Positions 20,020 through 29,491 of a stretch of DNA of 64,000 nucleotides are shown here, one piece after another (position 1 is the stretch's first letter; each line of letters begins with the position of its first letter). The stretch comes from an uncultured Gammaproteobacteria bacterium. Lineage in GTDB: Bacteria; Pseudomonadota; Gammaproteobacteria; Arenicellales; JAANXG01. The position numbers were made by a program, and so were the translations under genes. The stretch covers positions 6,673 through 70,672 of the forward strand of contig CAMYKK010000016.1 of assembly GCA_947258975.1 (NCBI GenBank). The letters run 5' to 3'. The notes under the pieces are model-generated. The model did no database searches. It saw nothing but the letters and a program-made list of their open reading frames with translations, and was not told the origin of the DNA.

Positions 20020-21372
20020 CTACGGGATGATCTGGGAGATGGTGATCGATACCGGCTTGTTGCTACCGGTTTTTACGGGCGCGAGCTCGCCCTTCAGATC
20101 TCCGCTTTGCGGATTTGCGGTGCCGCTCTTGGAGATTCGCGCGCCTATCATCACCTGGTCGAATTTGGACAGCTTCATCGTGGGCATGACTGCCGAGCTG
20201 TCATCGAGGGTCACGGTGACCGGCAGATCAGCGGCTTGCCTCCTGACCACCGCAACGGGCATCGGCGGACCGTTGAGGGCACGCGCAAAAATATACACGG
20301 CATCCGTGGGGGCGACGTTTTGCTTTAATGATTCGTTGATGGATACCCGAACGGTGACAGTTGCGGTCGCGCCTGAGGTGACCGGGACACTGCCGGCTGC
20401 GCTGGATCGCGTCTCTGCCGGTGTCGACGGGACCGCGGTGGCCTCGGTTTGACTCGCGGTCGCCGCGGTTGGGGTAGACGCGGATCCGGTTGTTGATTGA
20501 CCGCCCAATCGCTGCGTTGCATCCGCGATTTGTTGTTGCAATTCCGCCAAGTTCTTGGGGTTGTCGGCAAACGCCGGTTCCAACTTACGCCAGTGGGCGA
20601 GCGCAGCGTGGAGGTCGTTCTGCTGACGCGCCGCCATGCCCGCCATCCACAATGCCTGGGTATTGTTTGGGTCGATGGTCAGGGCTTGATTGACGAGTTG
20701 TGCCGGTTTGCCCGCCAAGCGTCCGCCACTCACCATTGCCAAGGCATCCGCATACCGCACCAGTACGTTAGGGTCGTCTCCCACCAGTTTTTGCAGATTT
20801 TCCATTGCCATTGCCGCATCGGAATAGCGTTTCATAGCCATATAGGTATTCGCCAACATCGACCACCCTTGGGGGTCACTGGGATCGGCTTTGAGCCGGG
20901 CGGCCAAGTTTGCCACCATTTTATCCATCGAATCAGGATGTCGGTTGTCCGCTCCTGCCCCCGCCCCCGCCCCTGACCTCGCGGCTTGGAGTTCGACACT
21001 ACTGATAGTTGTTGGACTGCCAATACCGAGATAGAGCGCTCCAGCGAGCACCGGAACACCGAAACCGACCACCATCACCGCCCAGTGCCCCGAGTGCACG
21101 GTTGAGCTAGACATTTCACGTTGTTTTGTAATCAGATCGTCCGCCAGCCCACGCTCGATGTCTTCGCGCCCTTGTGCGAATTCTGGTTCGGAAATTTCGC
21201 CCCGCTCTAGCTGGAGTTTGAGTTCGTCCAGCCGCTCGCGGGCGATAGCAAGGTTCTGTGCGGTTCGATCAGCACTTTCGCGAGCGCCGCGGCCAAACAG
21301 GGCCGGTAACACCAAAGCCAATGCTGCCAATAACAAAGCGGCGGCGATGAGAAAGAATACAACGACATTCAT
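20020..21372 (-). CDS. ccmI: Cytochrome c biogenesis protein CcmI/CycH (TPR plus C-terminal Ig-like domain)
   Basis: N-terminal TM, LYLGIG, TPR helices, VYIFARA..GPPMPVAV, ARISKSG. Confidence 0.9.
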   Translation of the reverse strand: MNVVVFFLIAAALLLAALALVLPALFGRGARESADRTAQNLAIARERLDELKLQLERGEISEPEFAQGREDIERGLADDLITKQREMSSSTVHSGHWAVMVVGFGVPVLAGALYLGIGSPTTISSVELQAARSGAGAGAGADNRHPDSMDKMVANLAARLKADPSDPQGWSMLANTYMAMKRYSDAAMAMENLQKLVGDDPNVLVRYADALAMVSGGRLAGKPAQLVNQALTIDPNNTQALWMAGMAARQQNDLHAALAHWRKLEPAFADNPKNLAELQQQIADATQRLGGQSTTGSASTPTAATASQTEATAVPSTPAETRSSAAGSVPVTSGATATVTVRVSINESLKQNVAPTDAVYIFARALNGPPMPVAVVRRQAADLPVTVTLDDSSAVMPTMKLSKFDQVMIGARISKSGTANPQSGDLKGELAPVKTGSNKPVSITISQIIP

Positions 21373-21387
21373 GGCAGAGTAATGGGT

Positions 21388-21843
21388 TTAGTCATCCCGG
21401 TCCAGGAGATGGCGGACCTGGGTCCGCTCGACGTCACTCAAGGCTTCGTCCGGTGTTCGATTACGCCGCCGGATCACGAGCGCCAGGCCCAGTATTCCCA
21501 GTCCCAATAAAACGAACGGACCAATCCACAGTGGCAAAGTGGTGGATTTGAACGGCGGACGGTAGAGCACGAAGTCGCCATAACGGGCGACCATATAATT
21601 CACGATTTCGGCGTCGCTGGCGCCGCTCGTTATCATTTTGTAGGTCTGTTCCCGCAGATCTTTTGCCAGATCGGCGTTGGAATCGGCGAGGTTCTGGTTT
21701 TGACACACCAGACAGCGCAGCTCGTTGATCAAAGCCTTGTAGCGGTCTTCTTGTGCGGAATCGGCAAACGTCCGCATCTCGATCACTGCTTGCGCAGGGA
21801 AGGAGACGAACAGCAGTGACCAGATGATCAGGAAATGTTTCAC
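21388..21843 (-). CDS. ccmH: Cytochrome c biogenesis protein CcmH (CcmL-type)
   Basis: ELRCLVCQNQNLADS, RYGDFVLYRPP. Confidence 0.95.
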   Translation of the reverse strand: MKHFLIIWSLLFVSFPAQAVIEMRTFADSAQEDRYKALINELRCLVCQNQNLADSNADLAKDLREQTYKMITSGASDAEIVNYMVARYGDFVLYRPPFKSTTLPLWIGPFVLLGLGILGLALVIRRRNRTPDEALSDVERTQVRHLLDRDD

Positions 21844-22382
21844 GCCTTGTTTTGCCGTAAGGTGTTCACCAGTGGAATGATGGTGCTGTGGAGTTCTTCG
21901 GCGGTGATAGGACCAATATGTTTGTAGCGCACGATTCCCTGTTGGTCAATTACAAAAGTTTCAGGCACGCCGTAGACGCCCCAATCTATGCCGACTTTGC
22001 CGTCGACATCTATCGCGGACGATTGATAGGGATCGCCCAGCTGCTGTAACCAGCGCTTGGCATCGCCGGGACGGTCCTTGTAGTTCAGCCCGATGATCGG
22101 TGCGATGTCCTCGCGAGCCAGGTCTTTCAGCACTTCGTGCTCCGCGCGGCATGCAACACACCACGACGCCCACACGTTCAGCAGCCAGACCCGTCCGGTA
22201 AAGTCCTGGGGGCTTAGATTGACGTCAACGTTGTGCAGCGATGGCAACGAGAACTCGGGCGCCGGTTTGTCGATGAACGGTGACGGCACCTCGCGTGGGT
22301 CGAGTTTGAGCCCGATGCCGAGAAACACGACGAGCACGGCGAAAACGACTATCGGAAGAACAAAACGTGTCTTCAAGCTCAA
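21840..22382 (-). CDS. ccmG: Thiol:disulfide interchange protein CcmG/DsbE
   Basis: WASWCVACRAEH, GVYGVPETF. Confidence 0.95.
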   Translation of the reverse strand: MSLKTRFVLPIVVFAVLVVFLGIGLKLDPREVPSPFIDKPAPEFSLPSLHNVDVNLSPQDFTGRVWLLNVWASWCVACRAEHEVLKDLAREDIAPIIGLNYKDRPGDAKRWLQQLGDPYQSSAIDVDGKVGIDWGVYGVPETFVIDQQGIVRYKHIGPITAEELHSTIIPLVNTLRQNKA

Positions 22383-22388
22383 TACCTT

Positions 22389-24371
22389 CTATGCAGCGCC
22401 AGTCGTCGCGCCATCGATTTCCACTGCGTCCGCACTCCGCTTCGCGAGTGTGCGGTAGCGCCGATCGGTTGCCGCCAAACCACCCCCCACGGCCATGAAA
22501 ATGGCGCCCAGCCAGATCCAGCGTATGAATGACTTGTAGTAGATGCGGATCGTCCACGCATTGGCACCGACGGGGTCGCCGAGCGACACGTACAAATCCC
22601 GGGTCAGGCCCGGATCAATGGCGGCCTCGGTCATCGGGTTGGTATTCACCAGGTAAACCCGTTTTTCAGGTCTGAGTTTGGTGACACGATCCTCTCCCTG
22701 GTATACGGTGACGAGTCCCTGCTGCGCGGTATAGTTGGGTCCCCGTACCTCGACCACGCCCTCGAAGCGAAACGTGTGTCCGGCGATGTCGTGTTGATCG
22801 CCGGGCGCCATGCTGATGTCTGTCTCCACCGAGTAGATGCTGGTGAGCGTGATGCCAACGGTGAAGACAGCGATGCCAAGATGCGCCACGGTCATGCCCC
22901 AAAATCCGCGTGGCACGGCCGCCAGCGCCGCCACGGGATTCTTCTTGTTGGCTACCCGGTCATAGACACCTTGCAGGGTGGTCGCGGTGACCCAGGTTGC
23001 CAGCGTTAGTCCCGCCGCTGCGGTCCACGAGTATCCACCGTGCGTCAGTAGTGGTAATAACAGGCCGATCACGATGCTCGCTACCAATGGCACGCGCGTG
23101 TGCCGTAACAGCGTCGCCATATTGTCCTTTTTCCAGCGCGCCATGGCTCCAAGGCCCACCATCGCCGCCAGGGGCACCGTCAAAGGAATAAACACCGAAT
23201 TAAAGTAAGGGGGTCCGACAGAAATCTTACCCAGCCCCATGGCATCCAACAACAGCGGATACAGGGTCCCCAACAACACCGTGGCACACGCCACCACCAA
23301 CAACACATTATTGAGCAACAGGCCGGATTCGCGCGATACCAGAGCAAAACCGACGCGGCTGCGAATCTGCGGTGCACGCCATGCATACAACGCCAGGGAA
23401 CCACCAATGACGATCGCAAGGAAAGCCAATATGAATACACCGCGTGTGGGATCGGTGGCGAATGCGTGGACCGATGTGAGTACCCCTGAGCGGACCAGAA
23501 ACGTTCCCAACAGGCTCAAGGAGAAAGCGAATACCGCGAGCAGTACGGTCCAGGCCTTGAACGCTCCGCGTTTTTCAGTGGCTGCGAGTGAATGGATCAA
23601 TGCGGTGCCAATCAGCCACGGCATGAATGACGCGTTTTCCACCGGGTCCCAGAACCACCAACCGCCCCAACCCAGCTCGTAATACGCCCACCAACTGCCG
23701 AGTGCGATGCCGAGGGTCAGAAATAACCAAGCAACATTGGTCCATGGCCGCGACCACCGCGCCCAGGCCGTGTCCAGCCGTCCACTCAACATCGCCGCGA
23801 CGGCGAACGCGAATGCCACCGAGAATCCAACGTAACCCATGTATAACAACGGTGGATGAATCACGAGCCCGATATCCTGCAGTAGCGGATTCAGATCCCG
23901 CCCATTCACTGCCGCCGGTATCAGCCGTTCGAAGGGGTTCGAGGTCATTAACGTAAACAGCAAAAAGCCGATACTGACCATACCCATTACGCTCAACACC
24001 CGCGCGACCATGTCTTCGGGGACGCTGCGGCTGAATATAGTTACCGCGCCGCTCCAGAGGGCAAGTATCAGTACCCACAGCAATAGCGACCCTTCGTGAG
24101 CCCCCCACACCCCGGAGATTCTGTATGCCAAGGGGAGTGCCAAGTTGGAGTTCTGGGCCACGTAGGCGACCGAGAAATCGTTGACGATGAACGCGTAGGT
24201 CAAACACCCATAAGCGACGATCACCATCATCAGTTGTGCCTGGGTGGCGGGGCGCGCAACGGCAATCCAGTTGCGATTGCCGACGATCGTGCCCGCCAGG
24301 GGGAAGACGGTCTGCACGAGCGCCACACACAGCGCGAGGATGAGCGCGTATTGTCCGATTTCAGGGATCAT
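22389..24371 (-). CDS. ccmF: Heme lyase CcmF
   Basis: WGAHEGS, GRDLNPLLQ, WAYYELGWGGWWFWDPVENAS, SVHAFA. Confidence 0.97.
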   Translation of the reverse strand: MIPEIGQYALILALCVALVQTVFPLAGTIVGNRNWIAVARPATQAQLMMVIVAYGCLTYAFIVNDFSVAYVAQNSNLALPLAYRISGVWGAHEGSLLLWVLILALWSGAVTIFSRSVPEDMVARVLSVMGMVSIGFLLFTLMTSNPFERLIPAAVNGRDLNPLLQDIGLVIHPPLLYMGYVGFSVAFAFAVAAMLSGRLDTAWARWSRPWTNVAWLFLTLGIALGSWWAYYELGWGGWWFWDPVENASFMPWLIGTALIHSLAATEKRGAFKAWTVLLAVFAFSLSLLGTFLVRSGVLTSVHAFATDPTRGVFILAFLAIVIGGSLALYAWRAPQIRSRVGFALVSRESGLLLNNVLLVVACATVLLGTLYPLLLDAMGLGKISVGPPYFNSVFIPLTVPLAAMVGLGAMARWKKDNMATLLRHTRVPLVASIVIGLLLPLLTHGGYSWTAAAGLTLATWVTATTLQGVYDRVANKKNPVAALAAVPRGFWGMTVAHLGIAVFTVGITLTSIYSVETDISMAPGDQHDIAGHTFRFEGVVEVRGPNYTAQQGLVTVYQGEDRVTKLRPEKRVYLVNTNPMTEAAIDPGLTRDLYVSLGDPVGANAWTIRIYYKSFIRWIWLGAIFMAVGGGLAATDRRYRTLAKRSADAVEIDGATTGAA

Positions 24372-24820
24372 TTGGGATGTCCTTTAAGCTTGTCCGGCAA
24401 ATTTTTTGCAGCTTCCAACGCGTCGGACACCTCCGGCGGCATATAGTTCTCATCATGCTTGGCGAGCACCTCCGAGGCCTCGAACACGCCGTTGTCCGTC
24501 AATTTGCCATTGGCGACAATGCCTTGCCCTTCACGGAAAAGATCCGGCAGGATGCCGCTGTACACCACGGTAACGCTGTTTGCCGTGTCGGTAAGGTCGA
24601 ATTGTACCCTCACGCCCTCGCGTTGGACCGTACCCTCGACTACCAATCCACCCACGCGGAATTGGCGTTGTTGCGGCAGTTCACCGCTTTTGATCTGCGT
24701 GGGCGTCACGAAATAAAGCAGATTTTTTTGGAACGCCAGCAATGTCAAAGTTGCGGCGATACCGATACCAACGACCAATATGCCGACAACTAGCAGCCGC
24801 TGTCTTTGTGTAGGACTCAT
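24368..24820 (-). CDS. ccmE: Heme chaperone CcmE
   Basis: LPDLFREGQG, LAKHDENYMP; true start ATG 24820 overlaps the ccmD stop. Confidence 0.95.
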   Translation of the reverse strand: MSPTQRQRLLVVGILVVGIGIAATLTLLAFQKNLLYFVTPTQIKSGELPQQRQFRVGGLVVEGTVQREGVRVQFDLTDTANSVTVVYSGILPDLFREGQGIVANGKLTDNGVFEASEVLAKHDENYMPPEVSDALEAAKNLPDKLKGHPK

Positions 24821-24981
24821 GGAGTTTTCCTCGATTTCATACGTCGCAACTCGCGCAATAGCCGCTGCCTGCGCACTATGGGCACGACGACGTTGATCAA
24901 CAATATTGCGAAGGCAATGCCGTAGGAGGTCCACACATAGAAGGCGTAGCCCCCCATATCAAAAAATTCGCTCACAGTCAT
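24817..24981 (-). CDS. ccmD: Heme exporter protein CcmD (54 aa, not in ORF track)
   Basis: Manual translation MTVSEFFDMGGYAFYVWTSYGIAFAILLINVVVPIVRRQRLLRELRRMKSRKTP; ATGA overlaps with ccmC and ccmE. Confidence 0.95.
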   Translation of the reverse strand: MTVSEFFDMGGYAFYVWTSYGIAFAILLINVVVPIVRRQRLLRELRRMKSRKTP

Positions 24982-25721
24982 GACTGCTCCAGGTATTCAT
25001 CGACCCAGTTACTGCGCTGTTCCTGGTCGAGCACGTCCCAGCGTGCGCGCATCAGTAATACCGTTGCATAGAACACCGTGAACGCCACCGACATTATTAA
25101 CAGTGGCGCGAGCATACTTGGATGAATAGACGGTGCATCGAACTTGCTAACCGTCGGTCCCTGGTGCAGGGTATTCCACCACATAACGGAGTAATGAATA
25201 ATGGGCACGTTGACTACACCGACGATCGCCAAGATGCCAGCCGCCCGTTGCGCAGTACGCCGTTCCTCAAAGGCGGCGTACAAGGCCATCACTCCCAGAT
25301 ACAGGAACAGGAGTATCAATTCCGATGTCAACCGGGCATCCCACACCCACCATGCACCCCACATGGGCTTACCCCACAGCGAACCGGTTACCAGGGCGAG
25401 GAACGTAAACGAGGCGCCAATGGGGGCCGAACTCATTGCCATCACATGGGCCAGCTTGATTCTCCAGATCAGGCCGATGGCGGCTGCACCGGCCATCACC
25501 ATGTACACGAACAACGACATCCACGCACTCGGCACATGAATGAACATGATGCGATAACTTTCTCCCTGCTGATAATCCGGTGGTGCTACGAATAAGCCCA
25601 GATACAATCCGATCATTAACAACACGATGGTGGCGGCAGCGAGCCACGGAATCATGCTGCCCGCAATGCGGAAAAACTCCCTTGGCGATGAAAAGCGATG
25701 AAAGTAGCGAAAAAAGCGCAT
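24978..25721 (-). CDS. ccmC: Heme exporter protein CcmC
   Basis: HVPSAW, WGKPMWGAWWVWDARLT (WWD domain), WWNTLHQ. Confidence 0.97.
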   Translation of the reverse strand: MRFFRYFHRFSSPREFFRIAGSMIPWLAAATIVLLMIGLYLGLFVAPPDYQQGESYRIMFIHVPSAWMSLFVYMVMAGAAAIGLIWRIKLAHVMAMSSAPIGASFTFLALVTGSLWGKPMWGAWWVWDARLTSELILLFLYLGVMALYAAFEERRTAQRAAGILAIVGVVNVPIIHYSVMWWNTLHQGPTVSKFDAPSIHPSMLAPLLIMSVAFTVFYATVLLMRARWDVLDQEQRSNWVDEYLEQS

Positions 25722-25723
25722 AT

Positions 25724-26413
25724 TTATTCCAATGTCACCCGTAACGCGGCCGATGTCGCGAAGGGCGTCAGGGTTAGGGACAACACCAAAAGCGCGGCCA
25801 GCAGGTATAACTGTCCGGCCACGTCCAAGTCGTCGATAGACATATCAACGGCGCTCGCGCCGAATATCAATATGGGTATATACAACGGTAATATCAACAA
25901 CGCCAACAAGATTCCGCCGCGCCTCAGACCCACTGTAAGTGCCACACCGATGGAACCAATAAGACTAAGTGTAGGAGTACCCAGTAATAAGGTCCAGACC
26001 AATATACCCAACTTCTGTGGTGGAAATGCCAAGGAGATGGCCAGTGCCGGCGATATCAGGGTCAGCAGCAATCCCGTGGTACACCAGTGTGCCGCTACCT
26101 TGCCGAGGACAATGACGGAAAGAGGGTGTTCGCTCAAAACAAGCTGTTCCAATGATCCATCTTCATAGTCCGAGCGAAAGATGCTTTCCAACGAGAGCAT
26201 GGTGGCCAACAGCGCTGAGATCCACAGTACCGCCGGCGCTATCTGCAGTAGTGTGCGGCTATCTGTCGATAGACCCAGGGGAAACAAGCTCACAACAATG
26301 ACAAAAAACGCCAGTGGATTGATAAGTTCGGAACGGTGTCTCAAGGCAAGCTTGATATCTCTCCGAAAAATCGTGGTAAACGCAGTCACTGCGTTGTTGG
26401 GAACACCTTCCAT
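25724..26413 (-). CDS. ccmB: Heme exporter protein CcmB
   Basis: LFPLG, FRSDYEDGSLEQL, LPLYIPILIFG. Confidence 0.96.
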   Translation of the reverse strand: MEGVPNNAVTAFTTIFRRDIKLALRHRSELINPLAFFVIVVSLFPLGLSTDSRTLLQIAPAVLWISALLATMLSLESIFRSDYEDGSLEQLVLSEHPLSVIVLGKVAAHWCTTGLLLTLISPALAISLAFPPQKLGILVWTLLLGTPTLSLIGSIGVALTVGLRRGGILLALLILPLYIPILIFGASAVDMSIDDLDVAGQLYLLAALLVLSLTLTPFATSAALRVTLE

Positions 26414-26420
26414 AATTAAA

Positions 26421-27095
26421 TTACTGTAATGAAACCGTAACGCATCGCTCGCGCAATTGCGGATGTGATAGGGCCTGATGACTGGTCAGCACGACGATAC
26501 CGTCCCCTTGAAGATGGTTAATGAGCTGCGCTTCAATGACGTCACGGCCATCGACATCGATGGCCGTAAAAGGCTCATCTAATATCCACAGAATGGCGCG
26601 TTTGACCAACAGCCGTCCCAACGCCAACCGCCGCCTCTGGCCGGCAGACAAATGGCCGACCAACAGATCCTGGTACTCCCACAATCCGAGTAGCCGTAAG
26701 CTGTCGTCGATAACTCCGTTATCTCGACATCCCGACATCCGAGCGTTGAATTGCAGGTTCTCGAGTGCGGTGAGTTCCGCTTTCAGCCCGTCACGGTGGC
26801 CGATGTAAGTACATTCCCGCCGGTGGATCGATGCGGAACCGCGGATGTCGTGCCCGTGCCAACGTACCATACCTTCCAGCGGCGTGAGCAGACCGCACAA
26901 GATGCGTAGCAGCGTGGTTTTTCCGCAGCCGTTGGGCCCGGTGATATGCAGCAGCTGACCCCGCGACAGGCCGAACGAGAGGCTGCTGAAAAGGACGCGG
27001 TCGCCGCGGGCTCCTTGCACCGATTCTACCCGCAATGTGGGCGGGTCCAGGGCTGTTTGCTGCGCTTCGGCGACGGTGTTTTTGAGCGTATTCAA
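26421..27095 (-). CDS. ccmA: Heme export ABC ATPase CcmA
   Basis: GPNGCGKTTLL, LSAGQRRR, WILDEPFTAID, LTSH; start uncertain. Confidence 0.94.
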   Translation of the reverse strand: MNTLKNTVAEAQQTALDPPTLRVESVQGARGDRVLFSSLSFGLSRGQLLHITGPNGCGKTTLLRILCGLLTPLEGMVRWHGHDIRGSASIHRRECTYIGHRDGLKAELTALENLQFNARMSGCRDNGVIDDSLRLLGLWEYQDLLVGHLSAGQRRRLALGRLLVKRAILWILDEPFTAIDVDGRDVIEAQLINHLQGDGIVVLTSHQALSHPQLRERCVTVSLQ

Positions 27096-27169
27096 GGGAA
27101 TTAGTGGGCGGCGTACTGGTAAAGGGCGGGGAACTTAGCATGTCCCCGCTTCCGAGTCATCGAGCGGAC

Positions 27170-27183
27170 TTGATCTAAATAAC
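27170..27183. promoter_or_regulatory. Degenerate FNR box upstream of ccmA
   Basis: TTGAT-CTAA-ATAAC, 8/10 match to TTGAT-N4-ATCAA. Confidence 0.45.
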
Positions 27184-27597
27184 GTTCTGTTAACATCTGG
27201 TTGCAAATCTCGCTGTGCTTGCCGCCCGGATCGGCGGCCGGCGTCCGGCAATAATCCGGCTCTTTAGGGAAAGTATAGAGCACAAAATTCGCGGCCCGGG
27301 GCGACCGGCAGCCGCGATTCGCGGTGTGGGATGCGGCGCGGGCCGATCCGGACGCCGGCGCCGAAATTCCCTGCCCGAACGCGGCTGTCCCACGGGTGGG
27401 GCCCTGGACGCGACCCGGTAGTAGCGGTGAACGCCACCACCGGGCTCGGTTTGACCTGGTTGTGGCGCCTTTAGCCGAGGAAATTCAATGTAGTGCGCCG
27501 TCCTCGCGGTGCACGGCTCCGCGGCCGCCGTTCGCGTCCCTGGTCTCGCTACCGTGGCCGGCTTGCAGGTCGCCGGGTACGTCAAAAGAAGCGGGCA

Positions 27598-27611
27598 TTG
27601 ACTTGGATCAA
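27598..27611. promoter_or_regulatory. FNR box upstream of the pdxH-like gene
   Basis: TTGAC-TTGG-ATCAA (9/10); extended -10 TGcCATTAT at 27631-27639 at class II spacing. Confidence 0.75.
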
Positions 27612-27688
27612 TCCACCGGAGCGGCATTTTTGCCATTATTTTCCCCTTTTTTGTCTCAGCAAATTGACCGGCGGCGCGCGACACGATC

Positions 27689-28273
27689 GTGGATACCTAC
27701 GAGGAAGCATTGAATCGGTTTGATCAGCTGATCCAGACTGCCAAGAAGTCCGAGTTAGGGGCGCCGCTCAGCATGACCTTGGCCACCGCAGACGAACGCG
27801 GGAAACCGTCGGTTCGCTTGGTGGCAGTAAAGAATTACGACCGTCGCGGATTCGTATTCTTTACTCATCAACGCAGCCGCAAGGGTCTTCAAATTGATGG
27901 TAATCCTCATGTGGCGTTGTGTTTTTTTTGTCAACCATTGATGGAACAAGTCACCATCGAGGGTGAGGTGGAGTTGGTCAAGGATTACGAGGCAGATGCG
28001 TACTGGGCCACTCGCGCCAGAGATGGGCAATTCGCGGCTTGGGCGTCTAATCAGTCCGAGCCTCTTGAATCCCGAGCAACGCTGCAAAATCGGCTGGCAA
28101 AATTTCAAAAAAAATACGCCGATCAACGTGTGCCGCGTCCTTCTACGTGGGTGGGTTACCGCGTGGTTCCTAATCGCATCGAGTTCTGGCGTGCCGGATG
28201 GCGGCATCTGCACGAGCGAGTTTGTTACAACAAGATCGAGAGTGGTTGGGAGGTAACCCTTTTGAATCCCTGA
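27689..28273 (+). CDS. pdxH: Pyridoxine/pyridoxamine 5'-phosphate oxidase family (divergent)
   Basis: MTLATAD..G.PSVR, GFVFFT..SRKG, AWASNQS, VPRP..WVGY, RIEFW..LHER, LLNP C-terminus. Confidence 0.75.
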   Translation: MDTYEEALNRFDQLIQTAKKSELGAPLSMTLATADERGKPSVRLVAVKNYDRRGFVFFTHQRSRKGLQIDGNPHVALCFFCQPLMEQVTIEGEVELVKDYEADAYWATRARDGQFAAWASNQSEPLESRATLQNRLAKFQKKYADQRVPRPSTWVGYRVVPNRIEFWRAGWRHLHERVCYNKIESGWEVTLLNP

Positions 28274-28337
28274 ACCGGGAAGGTAGAACCGGTAATACAT
28301 GTTCCTGGTCTCTAATCCGAGAAGCGAGGGGGCGAAA

Positions 28338-29168
28338 ATGGCTATCAAAGATATATTGTTGCAAGTTGACAACAGAAAGTCCTTTGATGCGCGTATGCAG
28401 TATGCGGTGAATTTGGCGCTTAACCATGGGGCCCACCTGACCGGCCTCTACTTAATGTCGAACTGGACGGTACCCGCTTATGTGGAAGGACAGATTCCAG
28501 TCGATATATTGGAGCAGCAAGCGAAGCGCGCAGGATTGGCGGCAGTGGAAGCCGAGCAGCGGTTTGAGTCCCACGCGAAACGCCAAGGATTGCTCGCGGA
28601 GTGGCGCATGGCGGAAGGAAACCCCCTGGATCAACTCGTATTGAGTGCGCGTTATGTCGATTTGGTGATCGTTGGCCAGCCGGAGAAGGACGTGCCGGAA
28701 ATACTGGAACTCACCTACGCCGATCGAGTAGCTTTGGAATCGGGACGTCCGGTATTGGTAGTGCCGTTCGTCGGGGTAGGTAAATTGGATATCGACCGCG
28801 TACTCATCGCTTGGAATGGAAGCCGGGAGTCGATTCGAGCTGTCAATGATGCACTGCCTATATTAAAGCGTGCGAAGGAGGTTTTCGTGTTGGCGGTTAA
28901 TTTGCCCGAGGCTTTGCAGGGTAGCGATGTGCCTGGCGCCGATATCAGCCTGCACTTGTCCCGCCACGGTGTAAATGCTCAAGCGGAATCGATGAATGGC
29001 GCCGACATCTCAGTGGGAGATGTTCTGTTGTCGCGCTCCGCGGATAAGTCTGCGGATCTGATCGTCATGGGTGCATACGGACATTCACGGTTTCGCGAGT
29101 TGGTGCTCGGAGGCGCGACCCGCCATTTGCTCGCTCATATGACGGTACCGGTGCTGTTCTCACATTGA
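28338..29168 (+). CDS. Tandem universal stress protein
   Basis: KDILLQVD, SGRPVLVVP, IAWNGSRES, DLIVMGAYGHSRFRELVLGGAT, PVLFSH. Confidence 0.93.
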   Translation: MAIKDILLQVDNRKSFDARMQYAVNLALNHGAHLTGLYLMSNWTVPAYVEGQIPVDILEQQAKRAGLAAVEAEQRFESHAKRQGLLAEWRMAEGNPLDQLVLSARYVDLVIVGQPEKDVPEILELTYADRVALESGRPVLVVPFVGVGKLDIDRVLIAWNGSRESIRAVNDALPILKRAKEVFVLAVNLPEALQGSDVPGADISLHLSRHGVNAQAESMNGADISVGDVLLSRSADKSADLIVMGAYGHSRFRELVLGGATRHLLAHMTVPVLFSH

Positions 29169-29491
29169 TTCCAACCGGGGCCGCATGCTTTATTACTGGG
29201 CACGACTAGCGGCGAACCAGCCCGTATTTCTCACCATGGCGTGGAAAACTGGTGTCGTCACAACCTTTCGCCGTCACTCGCGATGCCTGGTGCAATCTGC
29301 GGGCCTCGTGATGGTGGCGAGGCGGGCCGGAAATCGACGCCGGTGTGATGCTATTTTTTGCAGCGCATTGCGAGCTGGTTCAACGCCGAATTCATTGACG
29401 TGGGGCGATGTTCCCGCCGCCACGGCGGATTTTTCATTTGTCTGACAGACAATCGAACTATCGGTATCCGTCAGATTTTCTCCATTGATCA

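Noticed and set aside
20953-20980. GGGGC-type repeat in ccmI (GAGAGAGA)
   Set aside because: Short in-frame linker; no evidence of phase variation
27190-27713. ORFs in the GC-rich ccmA-pdxH gap
   Set aside because: Low-complexity Arg/Pro/Ala translations that overlap FNR boxes; probably non-coding
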